The notes: generated by a model not told the origin, from the letters alone. Positions 11,849 through 24,549 are shown, numbered from the stretch's first letter. The stretch: DNA of 64,000 nucleotides from Mobula hypostoma (GCF_963921235.1 NC_086108.1:39992001-40056000), one strand, 5' to 3'. Made by a program: numbers and translations.

Positions 11849-12783
11849 CACCAAGCAACACACACAAAATGCTGGACCCTTCGGCGGGACTGGAGAAAAA
11901 AAGATGAGGAGTAGAGTTAAAAGGTGGGCGGAGGGGAGAGAGAAGCACAAGGTGAGAGGTGAAAACGGGAGGGGGAGAGATGAAGTAAAGAGCTGGAAAG
12001 TTGATAGGTGAAAGAGATAAAGGGCTGGAGAAGGGGGAGTCCAATAGGAGAGGACAGAAGGCCATGGAAGAAAGAAAAGGGGGAGGAGAACCAGGGTGAG
12101 GCAATGGGCAGGCAAGGGGATGAGGTGAGAGAAGGAAAAGGGAATGGGGAATGGTGAAGGATGTCCAGTCCCTATACACCTCCATCCACCACCGGGAAGG
12201 CCTCAAAGCTCTCTGTTTCTTTTGGACACCAGACCCAACCAGTTCCCCTCCACCTCCACTCTCCTCCATCTAGCAGAACTTGTCCTCATTCTTAATAATT
12301 TCTCCTTGGCTCCTCTCACTTCCTTCAAACAAAAGGTGTAGCCACGGGCACTAGCATGGGTCCCAGCTATGCCTGCCTTTTTGTTGGCTAAGTGGAGCAG
12401 TCTATGTTCCAAGACTACGCTGGTGTCCACCCCCCACTTTTCTCCTCGCCTGTCCATCGCCTCCCTCTGGTGCTTCTCCCCCCTTTTCATTCTCCCATGG
12501 CCTTCTGTCCTCTCCTACCAGACTCCACCTTCTCCAGCCCTGTACCTGTATATTAACCCCCTCCCCCTCCCCACCACGGTCTCACCTATCACCTTGTGTT
12601 TCTCTCTCCCCTGCCCCACCTTTCAAATCTACTCCTCATCTTTTTTTCTCCAGTCCTGCCAAAGGGCCTCGGCCCAAAATGTCAGCTGTACTTTTTACCA
12701 TAGATGCTGCCTGGTCTGCTGAGTTCCTCCAACATATTGTGTGTGTTGCTTGGATTTCCAGCATCTGCAAATTTTCTCTTGTT
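11849..12783 (+). mobile_element. Penelope-like (Neptune) internally deleted copy with an inverted 5' pLTR segment
   Basis: 11849-12155 is the pLTR in reverse. 12160-12440 is an RT piece (DVQSLYTSI..EGLKAL, LAELVLILNNFS, QTKGVA). 12450-12783 is the forward 3' UTR/pLTR, with a decayed hammerhead at 12651-12688. Confidence 0.85.
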
Positions 12784-13559
12784 TATATGATTTGAAACTA
12801 TTCGCCATTATTTATTTTACATCCTGTTTTGCAATCTGTGAGAATCTTCCATTTGGTTGCTTATTGTCACAAATGTCTTCGTGTATCGAACTTCATGTAT
12901 ATAATTTAGTGTATAAAACAAAATTCCCAATTTTCAATTTTTCATTAAATTGGATACAACCAGAAAATTTTGCTTCAATTCTCCAAACAGATTAGTTGGA
13001 AAGAATTGTACCTGCACCTGAGCCAATGTAGGCTACAGGTCTAACATTCCAGAAGCAGCAAGTTTTCATACCTCCAGGCTAAGGAAAGAAATAATCACCT
13101 CAGGTTCATGTCTCCCATTGCTGTTCAGTGAGCCCCACTGACAAGTCGGTGAAGGCACAGTTTATGTGTGTCCTGTTAGAACTGGAGCTGGTGCTTACCG
13201 TGTGATTATCAGCTTGTTGATAGTCACTCTTCTATTTCAATAAGAAATGATTGCCACTTTTCTATGATTGAAGGAAGACCTTGAGGGAATTTAGTCTAAG
13301 GAAACACCATTTAGGATTAATGAAGTAACAACTGGACATCATTAACGATGTCAATCTCTGTCAGTAACCATTAAAATCTCCAACCAATTCAAGAAGGCAC
13401 TACAATGTTTTAAAAATAATGGAAGAGATTGTTTATTATTGGATATACTGTATGTTTAAGTTATTTAGTAGAGGAATTAGAGAGGAGTTGAGAAAGTTTA
13501 TTTTGGTCAACTAGTCTCCTGGAACTTGCTGCCTGACAGGAAGTAGAGGAAAGCCGTTG

Positions 13560-14995
13560 CCTTACTGCAGAAGCAGCTAGATGATGATGGCAGATCAGCA
13601 ACGGATGGCGTTTTGGGGGTAATTCACAAGGCACAGGATAGATACATCCCAAAGAGGAGAAAATATTCTCAAGAGAGGATGGGGCAACTGTGGCTGACAA
13701 GGGAAGTCAAGGACTGCATAACAGGAAAAGAAAGGGCATATAATAGAGCAAAAATTGGTAGGAAGTTAGAAGATTGAGAAGCTTTTAAAAACCAACAGAA
13801 GGCAATTAAAAAGCCATGAGGAAAGAAAACATGAAATATGAAGGTAAGCAATAACATAAAAGAGAATACCAGAAGCTTCTTCACATATATAAAGAATAAA
13901 AGAGAGGAAAGAGCAGATATTGGATTGCTGGAAAATGATGCTAGAAAGGTAGTAGTGGTGTGCAAAAAGATAGCAGACAAACTTTGTAAGTATTTAGTGT
14001 CTGTCTTCACCATGGAAGGTGCTTAGGAAGCTGAAGGGTCTGAAGGTAGGTAAGTCACCTAGACCAGATGGACTACACTCCAGGGTTCTGAAGGAGGTAG
14101 CTGAGGAAATGTGGAGACATTAGTAATGATCTTTCAAGAATCACTAGATTCTGGAATTTTTCCAGAGGACTGGAAAATTGCATATATCATCACACTGTTT
14201 AAGAAGGGAGGGAGGCAGAAGAAAGGAAATGATAGACCTGTTAGCCTGACTTCAGTGGTCGGGAAGATGTTGGAGACCAATATTGAGGATGAGGTTTTGG
14301 GGTACTTGGAGGCACATGATAAAATAGGACAATGTCAGCATGGCTTCCTTAAGGAGTAATCTTGCCTGACAAATCTATTGGAAAATTTTGATGAAGTAAC
14401 AAGCACGATAGACAAAGGAGAGCCAGTGGAAATTTCAGAAGGCCTTTGACAAGGTACTCCACATAACAAGGTAAGAGCCTATGCTATTACCGGAAAGAAA
14501 CTAACATGGAGAAAAGATTGGCTGACTGTCAGGTGGGAAAGAGTGGGAATAAAGAGGGCCTATTCTGGTTGGCTGCCAATTACTAGTGGCATTCCACATG
14601 GGTCAATATTGGGACCGCTTATTTTCACGTTATATGTCAATGATTTGGATGACTGAATTGATGGTTTGTGGTCAAGATTGGGGATGATACAAAGATAGGT
14701 GGAGGGGCAGGTAGTGTTCAGGAAGCAGACGGTTTACAGAATGCCTTAGACAGATTGGAAGAATGGGTAAAGAAGTGGTAGATGGAATATGGTGTAGGCA
14801 AGTGTATGGTCATGTACTGTGGTAGAAGAAATAAAGGCATAGACTATTTTCTAAGCTGGAGAAAATTCAAGAATCTGAGGTGTAAAGTGACTTGGCATTC
14901 CCCATGTAGGATTCCTTAAAGGTTAACTTGAAGATTGAGTTGGTGGTAGAGATAGGAAATGCAATGTTAACATTCCTTTCCTGAAGACTAGAACA
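13560..14995 (+). mobile_element. CR1 LINE ORF2 fragment (degraded)
   Basis: ETLVMIFQESLDSGIFPEDWKIA..LFKKGGRQKKGN.RPVSLTSVVGKMLE...QHGF. A G.P.GS.LGPL.F motif lies at about 14590. Confidence 0.9.
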
Positions 14996-14999
14996 TGGG

Positions 15000-15460
15000 G
15001 CAATTGGTTTACAAACAGAGGGCAGTGTGTAGTGAGACTGCTAGCAAGGACGGGCTGATGATAGGGCAAAATTGCAGTCAATGAGATGAGTTGCAATATG
15101 AAGAGGGAAAAAATCAAAATGGGTGATGAACATAGGATTGAAGGTGTTATATTTGAATGCACGCAGTATACAGAAAAAGGCAGATAAACTTGTAGCACAG
15201 TTACAGAGTGACATTTATGATGTTGTGGGCGTCACTGAATCAGGGTTGAAAGAAGACTATAGCTGGGAACTTAACATTCAAGGATACACATTGTGTTGAA
15301 AGGACAGGCAGGTAGGCAGAGGGGTTGGTGTGGCTCTGTTGGTATAAAATAAAGTCTATTCCTTAGAAAGGGGTGACATGGGATTGGAAGGTGCAGAATC
15401 ATTGTGGGTAGAGCTAATAAACTGCAAGAGTAAAAACACCATGATGGTTATTATATACAG
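15000..15460 (+). mobile_element. CR1 LINE fragment: N-terminal APE endonuclease region
   Basis: From about 15140 it reads LKVLYLNARSIQKKADKL...YDVVGVTES.L, then GRGVGVALLV. Confidence 0.85.
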
Positions 15461-18124
15461 AATATAGACACTAGACTACGACAGCACAGTACAGGCCCTT
15501 CGGCCCTCGATGTTGTGCCTACCCATATATTGCTTAAAAAAATGTACTAAACCCACACTACCCCATAACCCTCTATTTTTCTTTCATCCATGTGCCTGTC
15601 CAAGAGGCTCTTAAATACCCCTAATGTTTTAGCCTCCACCACCATCCCTGGCAAGTCACTCCAGGCACCCACAATCCTCTGTGTAAAAAAACTTACCCCT
15701 GATGTCTCCCTTAAACTTCCCTCCCTTAACTTTGTACATATTCCCTCTGGTGTTTACTATTTATGCCCTGGGAAACAGGTACTGGCTATCCACCCTATCT
15801 ATGCCTCTCATAATCTTGTAGACCTCTATCAAGTCCCCCCTCCTTCTTCGCTCCAAAGAGAAAAGTCCCAGCTCTGCTAACCTTGCCTTATAAGACTTGT
15901 TTTCCAATCCAGGCAACATCCTGGTAAACCTCCTCCGCACCCTCTCCATAGCTTCCACATCCTTCCTATAATGAGGTGACCAGAACTGAACACAATACTC
16001 TAAGTGTGGTCTCACAAGAGATTTGTAGAGTTGCAACATGACCTCTCTACTCTTGAACTCAATCCCCCTATTAATGAAGCCTAGCATCCCATAGGCCTTC
16101 TTAACTATCCTATCAACCTGTGCAGCGACCTTGAGGGATGTATGGATTTGAACCCCGAGGTCCCTCTGTTCATCCACACTCTTAAGTAATGACCATTAAC
16201 CCTGTACTCAGCCTTCTGGTTTGTCCTTCCAAAATGCATCACCTCACACTTATCCAGATTGAACTCCATCTGCCACTTTTCTGCCCAACTCTGCATCCTG
16301 TCTATATCCTCTTGTAACCGTTGACAACCTACAGCTCCATCCACAACTCCTCCAATCTTTGTGTTGTCCACAAACTTACTCACCCATCCTTCCGCCTCTT
16401 CATCCAGGTCATTTATAAAAATCACAAAGAGCAGGGGTCCCAGGATAGATCCTTGCGGCACTCCACTAGTAACCGACCTCAAGGCAGAATACTTTCCTTC
16501 CACTACTACCCTCTGCTTTCTTCCTTTAAGCCAATTTTTTATCCAAACAGACAAGGTTCCACTGATCCCATGCCTCATGACTTTCTGGATGAGTCTCTTG
16601 AGGGGGACCTTGTCAAATGCCTTGCTAAAATCCATGTAGACCACATCTACCACCCTACCCTCATCAATTTCTTTTGTTACCTCTTCAAAAAACTCAATTA
16701 GGCTCGTGAGGCATGACCTTTCCTTCACAAAGCCATGTTGACTATCCTTGAGTAGACTGTACTTCTGCAAGTGCTTGTAGATCCTATTCTTAAGGATCCT
16801 TTCCAATAGTTTGCAGACCACAGACTTAAGACTCATCAGTCTATAGTTCCCAGGATTCTCCCTGTTACCTTTTTTAAACAAGGGAACTACATTTGCCTTT
16901 CTCCAATCCTCCGGCACCTCTCCTGCAGCCAAACAGGATTCAAAGATCATAGCTACTGCTCCAGCGATCTCTTCTCTCACTTCCCACAGCAACCTGGGGT
17001 ATATCACGTCTGGCCCTGGGGACTTATCAATCTTGATGTTTTTAAGAGATCCAACACTTCTTCTTCCTTAATCTCCACATTGTCCAGCACACAGGCCTGT
17101 TCTATTTCAATCTCACCCTGATCAAGGTCCTTTTCACTTGTGAATACTGAAATATTCATTTAGGACCTCCCCAACCTCCTCTGCCTCCAGGCACATGTTG
17201 CCTTCTTTATCCTTTAGTGGCCCCACCTTCATTCTTGTCATCCTTCTGTTCTTCACATATGCATAGAATGCCTTGGGGTTCTCCTTAATCCTACATGCCA
17301 AGGCCTTCTCATGCCCCCTTCGAGCTCTCCTATGTCCTTTCTTAAGCTCCTCCCTGGCTACCCTATATTTCTCATGAGCCCCTCCTGCTTCTTATATCTA
17401 ACATATGCTTCCTTCTTCCTCTTGACGAGTTGCCTCATGTGCTTCATCAGCCATGGTTCCCTTTTCCTACCATTTTTTCCTTGTCTCAGTGGAACAAACC
17501 TATCCTGAACCCAGCACAAGTGGTCCCGAAACTTCCTCCACATTACTTTTGTGCTTTCACCCTTGAACATCTGTTTCCAATTTACTCTCCCTAGTTCCTG
17601 CCTCATCCCTTCATAGGTAGCCCTTCCCCAGTTAAGCACTTTCCCATTTTGTCTGTTTTTACCATTTTCCATAACTATGCTGAAGCAGAGGGAGTTGTCA
17701 CTCTCACCAAAATGCTCCCCCACCAAGAGGTCTGCCACCTGACCAGGTTCATTACCCAGAACTAGATCCAGTGTGGTCTCTCCTCTCGTCAGCCGGTCCA
17801 CATACTGTGTCAGGAATCCTTCTTGAACACACCTGACAAATTCAGCGCCATCTATCTCCCTTTCAGTCAGGAGGTGCCAGTAATTAAGAGGGAAGTTGAA
17901 ATCACCCATAACTACAACCCTGTATCTCCTGCACCATTCTAAAATCTGCCTGCTTATCTGCTCCTCGGTGTCCCGAGGGCTATTTGGGGGCCTATAGACT
18001 ACTCCCAGCACAGTGACTGATCCCTTCCTATTTCTGACTTCCACCCACACCGACTCAGTGAACACTCCCTCTGCAGCGTCCTCTCTTTCTATAGCTGTGA
18101 TACTGTCCCTGACCTGTAATGCTA
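15461..18124 (-). mobile_element. 5'-truncated CR1 LINE (2.66 kb), relatively young, ORF2 in three frames
   Basis: ORFs 17358..18065 (VYRPPN, MGDFNFP, LDLVL; endonuclease), 16105..17007 (YMDFSKAFDKVP, GVPQGSILGPLLF, FVDNTK) and 15761..16177 (RPHLEYCVQFWSP). The 3' UTR is at 15461-15600. Confidence 0.95.
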
Positions 18125-18125
18125 C

Positions 18126-19756
18126 TTATGGAAAACAGTAGCAGTATACCAGATGTTTGAGCGTGTCGGGGGCAAAAGTGAGTGAAGTTGCCATTACTAG
18201 GGTGAAGGTGCTTGGGAAAGTGAAAGGTCTGAAGGTAGATAAATCACCAGATGATCTACATCCCAGGGATTTGAAAGAGGTGGCTGAAGGGATTGTGGAG
18301 GCTTTAGTAATGACCTTTAAAGAATCAGTAGATACTGACATGGTTCCGGAGGACTGAAAAATTATAAATGACTCTCTACTCTTTAAGAAGGGAGAGAGGC
18401 AGAAGAAAGGAAATTATAGCAGTTGGTCTGACCTCAGTGGTTGGGAAAAAGTTGAAGTTGATTGTTAAGGATATGGTTTCAGGGTACTTAAGAGGCACAT
18501 GATAAAATAGGCCAAAGTCAGCATGGTTTCCTGAAGGGAAAATCTTGCCTGACAAATCTTTTGGAATTCTTTGAAGAAATAACAAGCAGGATAGAGAAAT
18601 GAGAAACGGTGGATGTTGTGTATTTTCAGAAGGACGTTGACAAGGTCCCACAATGAAGCTGCTTAAGAAGTTATTACAGCAAAGATACTGGCATGGATAG
18701 AACATTGGATGATTGGCAGGAGGCAAAGTGTGGGAATCAAGGGAACCTTTCCTGGTTGTCTGCTGGTGACTAGTGGTGTTCCACAGGAGTCAGTGTTGGG
18801 ACCATTTCTTTTTATTTTATATGTCAATGATGTGGATAATGGAATTTTGGCCAAGTTTGTGGATGATACAAAGATAACGGGGGGGGGGGGGTGCAGGGAG
18901 GCTACAAAAGGACTTAAACAGATTAGGAGAATAGGTGAAGAAGTGGCAGATGGAATACAGTGTCAGGAAGTGTATGGTCATGCACTTTGGCAGAAGAAAT
19001 AAAAGTGTAGACTATTTTATAAATGGAGCGAAAATTTAAAATTCTGAGGTGCAAGGGGACTTGGGAGTCCTTGTGCAGGATTCCCTAAAGTTTAATTTGT
19101 AGGTGGAGCCTGAGATGAGGAAGAATGTTAGAATTCTTTTTGAGAAGACTAGAATATAAAAGCTAAAATGTAATGTTGAAGCTTTATAAGGCACTAGTGA
19201 GGCATTGTTTGGAGTATTGTGAACAGTTTTGGGCCCCTAATCTAAGAAAGGATGCACTGACTTTGGAGACGGTTCAAAGGAGGTTCAGGAAAATGATTCT
19301 GGAGTTGAAAGACTGAATATTTGAGGAGTGTTTGATGGCTCTGGGCCGGTACTCACTGGAACTCAGAAGAATGAGGGGGGATCTCATTTAAACCTATCGA
19401 ACGTTGAAAGGGCTCGACAAAGTGGATGTGGAGAGGATGCTTCCTATGGTGGGGAGGGAGTCTAAGACCAGAGGACATAGCCTCAGAAATGGGCAACAAT
19501 CATTTAGAACAGAGATCAGAAGGAATTCCTTTAGCCAGAGAGTGGTGTATCTGTGGAATTCATTGCTACAGGCCAAGTCATAGGGCATATTTAAGGCAGA
19601 CATTGATAAATTCTTGATTAGTCAGGGCATGAAGGGATATGGGCAGAAGGCAGGAGATTGGGGCTGAGAGAAAACTGGATCAGTCATGATGAAATGGCAG
19701 AGCAGACTCGATGGGCCCAGTGGCCTAATGCTGTTCCTATGTCTATGATCTTATGG
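18126..19756 (+). mobile_element. CR1 LINE RT and 3' UTR (degraded)
   Basis: LKVDKSPD.LHPRDLKE, SGVPQESVLGPFLF, KFVDDTK. Ends tatgtctatgatcttatgg. Confidence 0.92.
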
Positions 19757-19787
19757 TTCCAACGCACTGATAATTACGAAGAATATA

Positions 19788-20598
19788 TAGTACTATGCAA
19801 AAGTCTTAGGCACATATATATAGCTAGGGTGCCTAAGCTTTTTGGACAGTACTGTAGTAATTTTATGCATTGCACTGTACTGCTGCCACAAAAAATAACA
19901 TACTTTATGGCATATGTGAGTGATGATGAACCTGATTCTGATATTGGTCTCTCTTGTGGACTGAGAATGGGAAGGGGGCAAGGAGAGGGAAATCATGATT
20001 GGGAAAAGGATAATGGAGAGGGGAGAGTGTGGGAAGCACCAGAGAGACATTCTGTTATGATCAATAAACCTTTTGCTTTGAATCAAATGACCTTGCCTGG
20101 TGTCTCAGGGCTGGGTGTGCCCGCAGCCCTGCTACCCATCTTCCCTGGCACTCCTCCTTAGCTACCCGTCCCACACCACTCCACCATTGTCATTCCCAAC
20201 GTCCTTAGTTACCCGTCCCACACCACTCCACCATTGTCATTCCCAACGTCCTTAGTTACCCGTCCCACACCACTCCACCATTGTCATTCCCAATGTCATT
20301 AGCTACCTGTACCACACCACTCCTGCAGCACTCCACCATTGTCATTCCCAACGTCCTTAGTTACCCGTCCCACACCACTCCACCATTGTCATTCCCAATG
20401 TCATTAGCTACCTGTCCCACACCACTCCTGCAGCACTCCACCATTGTCATTCCCAACGTCCTTAGCTACCCATCCCACACCACTCCACCATTGTCATTCC
20501 CAACGTCCTTTGCTCCCACCAGACTTACAAACGTGCTCTCTGTTCCCTGTTGACGAATACAATACTGTTCAAAAGCCTTAGGCACCCTATTCTATATA
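19788..20598. mobile_element. Tc1/mariner-type composite MITE (CAGTACTGTGCAAAAGTCTTAGGCAC-like TIRs) carrying captured sequence
   Basis: A 67-bp TA-flanked hairpin at 19788-19854. Positions 20560-20598 are the reverse complement of 19816-19854. The interior holds a LINE-like tail (19860-19942) and a minisatellite. Confidence 0.7.
20157..20510. repeat. Minisatellite of seven units, 47 or 58 bp
   Basis: Unit CTTAGYTACCCGTCCCACACCACTCCACCATTGTCATTCCCAACGTC. Units 4 and 6 carry an 11-bp insertion. Confidence 0.95.
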
Positions 20599-20952
20599 GG
20601 CCTAGATAGAGTGGATATGGAGAGGATGCTTCCTGTAGTGTGTGAGTCTAGCACTAGAGGACACAGCCTTAGAATAAAGGGAAGTCCATTTAGAACAGAG
20701 ATGAGAAGGAATTACTTTAGCCAGAGGGTGGTGAACCTGTGAAATTCATTACCACAGATAACTTTGGAGTCCAAGCCTTTGAGTATATTTAAAGCGCAGG
20801 TTGATAGGTTCTTGATTAGTCTGTGTGTTAAAGGTTACGGGGAGAGGGCAGGAGAACTGGATTGAGAGAGATAATAAATCAGCCATGATAGAACAGCAGA
20901 GCAGACTTGATGGACTGAATGGCCTAATTCTGCTCCTATATCTTTTAGTCTA
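20599..20952 (+). mobile_element. CR1 LINE 3' fragment
   Basis: gatagagtggatatggagaggatg..., gaacagagatgagaaggaa..., ends ctaattctgctcctatatct. Homologous to 330-676. Confidence 0.88.
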
Positions 20953-23394
20953 ATACCTGGACGAGTCAAAACATGCAGGGTTATGGGCCAAGAGCTGGCT
21001 AGCAGGATTACCTGTAACCTGAAATCTATTTTCAGCCAGCAGGTGCATGATGGGATGACTGGCCTCCTTTTATGCTGTACCTTTCCTCGTTCTATGAATT
21101 CATGATTTAAAACAGATATCCTTGTAAGCTATTGTTATTTTCTAACTTTTGTTATAAACCAATGAATTTTGGGACACCATAAGCTCCATGTGATGCAGGT
21201 TGAAATGAAATGTTATTTCTCGTGGTCAAACAGAATGTATCAGTTTTACCCAGTGTTACATACTCTGCCAAAAAGCCATCTGTAATGATTCACTTTGCAG
21301 AAATAGTAACTGTGCACCATATTAAATCACTGTATCCTAACATTAAAAATGCATAGATAGTTAATGAGAAATATGAGGAAATTTAGTTTATCCTTATTTT
21401 CACATTGCTTACAACCCTGAAGGTAGTGATCATATATTGCAGCAAATTTGCTCTGTTAGTGAATTCATTACTAGAAATGAATTTGAGTTAGCTAAAAATA
21501 GAAAAGTGGTTTGCTGAGGCGAGCACAGCATAGATTGTTTTATCAATACTGCCAGCCAAGTTGTCTAAACCTACAAGGATACTTTCATGTCATGTAAAGT
21601 TACATATGGAGTAGCTTTAAACACCAGGGCCCAATTCCTTAAAAATGCAATGATATTATTCATTCACTGAAATGGTAATATAATGTGAGCAATAACCTCT
21701 CCTTGCCATTGTTGCCACAGTGCCTTTCAATCAAGATCTGCACTTGTGTGAGGGAAGCAGTAGCATTGTCTAGCTTCTTAATATATACCATCCTGACTCT
21801 GATTGTTTCGGGGAAATTTATAAATATTACCTTGTTCGATATTGTACAAAATAGCTTTTGCATTGAAGTAAGATGGTATTATTTCTCAAAAGATTTAGCA
21901 GAGTCTTGGTGTGCAGCCAAAGCATAAATATTGCAACAATATTTTTCTTCTTCCCACATCGCGCATTTGATTGCATTGAGAAAATATATTATTGCGCCCT
22001 CTGATCTTTGCTTGATTTGATGCCTGCTTGAATTTTATTATCCCACAGTGCCAGTAAACATTGAAATGGCACCTGTAAGTTCACTGTTGTGAAAAGAAAT
22101 GGAATGAATCCCTTTATAATGTCAAGGGTCCCACACGTAAAATTAAACTGAGGCGAAGAAAAGGTTTCTAATGTAGAGCAGTCCCCTCCTTGAATATTGA
22201 GTTAAATCATTCTGTTGGTTTAAGCACCATCTGGTGAATAATGAGATGTATTGATCATTCAATTGTGTTAATGAAACCATCTTTGGCACCAAGGCAATCA
22301 CTTAAAACATTAAAAAGTGATATACAGTCAGCTGCCTATAACTCTGTCCTTGGCAGTGTTGCATATAGTGTTATAGCAAAGTGTCTATCATAAGGGAAGC
22401 ATTTTACATGTTTTTACCATTAAAAGAAAGGAGGTCTATAAACAAGATAAGTTATAATGGAGGCTGTGGAGTTATTCTTGCAAAAAGGCTTTTATAAATT
22501 ACCAAATGCTGAACATATTCTACATTTGATTTCTAATGGTTTTCAAGAACCATTATGGCCAGGATTTGCAACTCTATTAACAATAGTAATTTGCTTTTCA
22601 ATACTGTCATAAATACGCATACCTAGATGAGGAAGTCCCAATCAGCAGCTGAGGAAATAAGAATGGAGGGTGATATATGGTTCATGCAGTCAGTTCAGGC
22701 TTTATGTCAAATAAGATCTTTCTTAATGAGGAGAAGTTGAGCAAGCTTTAATAGTACCTGTGGTTTCGATTGAGCATGGATTTTAGATTGAACGTGCTGT
22801 GCCTTTACTCATTAGAGTTTAAAAAATGAGAGGACATGCAAGTTTTGGAGGAAGCTGGGCAAGCTGAATACTGCAAGGATGCTTCCCTGATGCCTGCCAG
22901 AGGGAAACGTTTCGGCAGAAGGGGCTCATCATCTAATATTAGGATAAAGAAGTGTTCTTTCCCTCAGTGAGAACCTTTACCCCAGAGAACTGCGGATGCC
23001 AAGTCAGCGCTGAGGTAGACTTTTCGACCGCTGGGTAATGAGGAACATGCGGTCAGACAAGGAAGTGGAGCCGAGCCAAGATCAAGCACTTGGATAGGTG
23101 GAATACTCCTGCTCCTATTTCTTGTGTTACTATCATCTGAAGACATTCCGAAACATTCAATTTCAATAGGCAACTGTTATTGCTGGCGAACCTTGAGTGG
23201 GATTCTCAGCAGCTGAAGAGCAGAATTCTAGGCACTGAGGACACCAGTTGAACTCAGGGAGGTCCTGCACTGCTGTATTGGACTCTGAATTGCTGCAAGC
23301 TGGTGTCCTAATGGAACACTATAGCTTGGAGCAGTCTGCAAGAAAGAGTGTGCCCTGAGGACAGATGAGAGGACACACAGAAGGCTTATGGTAT

Positions 23395-23725
23395 CTCAAA
23401 AGGTGCAGCCAGTAGAGCTGCACCCTCACAGCCCCAGTGATTCAGGTTCAGTCCTGACCTTCGTGCTGCCTGAGTGGACTTTGCTCCCTGAAATCATGCT
23501 GATTTCCTCCATATGTTCCTCCCCACCCGCCATTCTAAAGCCATACAGGCTGATAAATCAATTAGCCGATGTAATTCTTGCTGGTGTATAGATGATGACA
23601 GAACATCAGGGGAGTCGATGGGATTGTGGGGAGAATAAAGCTGGATTGGTGGAGGATTTGTTTACAGGGGTGTTTGATGGTTGGCCTGGCCTCTGTGGGC
23701 TGAAGGTTTTGTTTCCGTGTTGCTT
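23395..23725 (+). mobile_element. tRNA-derived SINE (HE1-like) with CR1-like 3' tail
   Basis: A/B-box-like ggtgcagccagtagag...ggttcagtcc, and a 3' tail tgggctgaaggttttgtttccgtg. Confidence 0.6.
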
Positions 23726-24218
23726 TACTCACTGTCTGTGGATGATTCTCTTGTGTTTCAGTTGCCCCTTCCTGCTTCAGGCCACTCAGCAAAGAACCAA
23801 ATTTCTGGTTCTATTTGACTCCTGGAGTTTGAGAGCTACCTTGTGGTCTGCAGATTTGTCACTGATTCAATTAATATGCGAATAGAGACTTGATAAATAT
23901 AAATCCTATTGGATTATTTTAATTAACTTGGATGAAGTAATGGAAAAGCTGATGAGGATAATGCAGTTGATATTCTGTATATAAACCTTCGACAGTAATT
24001 TAATAAAATATTATTTATCAAATCATGGGCAGAATATGAAGGTCAATAATGAGGCAGCAAAGGACGGTTGGGCTTAGGACACTGCCCTGTGGAGCTCTTG
24101 ACATCTGGATCAAAGAGATTTGACCTCAATAACCGTTTTAACCATTGGTGATTCCAGTTACACACATCAAAGTTGCTGGTGAACGCAGCAGGCCAGGCAG
24201 CATCTTTAGGAAGAGGTG

Positions 24219-24256
24219 CAGTCGACGTTTCAGGCCGAGACCCTTCGTCAGGACTA
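24219..24256 (-). ncRNA. Minimal type-I hammerhead ribozyme motif in the PLE pLTR
   Basis: The minus strand reads UAGUC-CUGACGA-AGGGUCUCGGCCU-GAAAC-GUC-GACUG. Stem I is UAGUC/GACUG, the CUGANGA and GAAA cores are intact, stem II is AGG/CCU, stem III is the loopless palindrome ACGU, and the cleavage triplet is GUC. Confidence 0.8.
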
Positions 24257-24549
24257 ACTGAAGGAAGAGTGAGTAAGGGATTTGAAAGTTGGAGGGGGAG
24301 GGGGAGATCCAAAATGATAGGAGAAGACAGGAGGGGGAGGGATAGAGCCAAGAGCTGGACAGGTGATAGGCAAAAGGGGATACGAGAGGATCATGGGACA
24401 GGAGGTCCAGGAAGAAAGACAAGGGGGGGGGGATCCAGAGGATGGGCAAGAGGTATATTCAGAGGGACAGAGGGAGAAAAAGGAGAGTGAGAGAAAGAAT
24501 GTGTGTATAAAAATGAATAACAGATGGGGTACGAGGGGGAGGTGGGGCC

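Noticed and set aside
20157..20510. CRISPR-like array
   Set aside because: The units are contiguous with no unique spacers and there are no cas genes. In this eukaryotic TE context it is a minisatellite.
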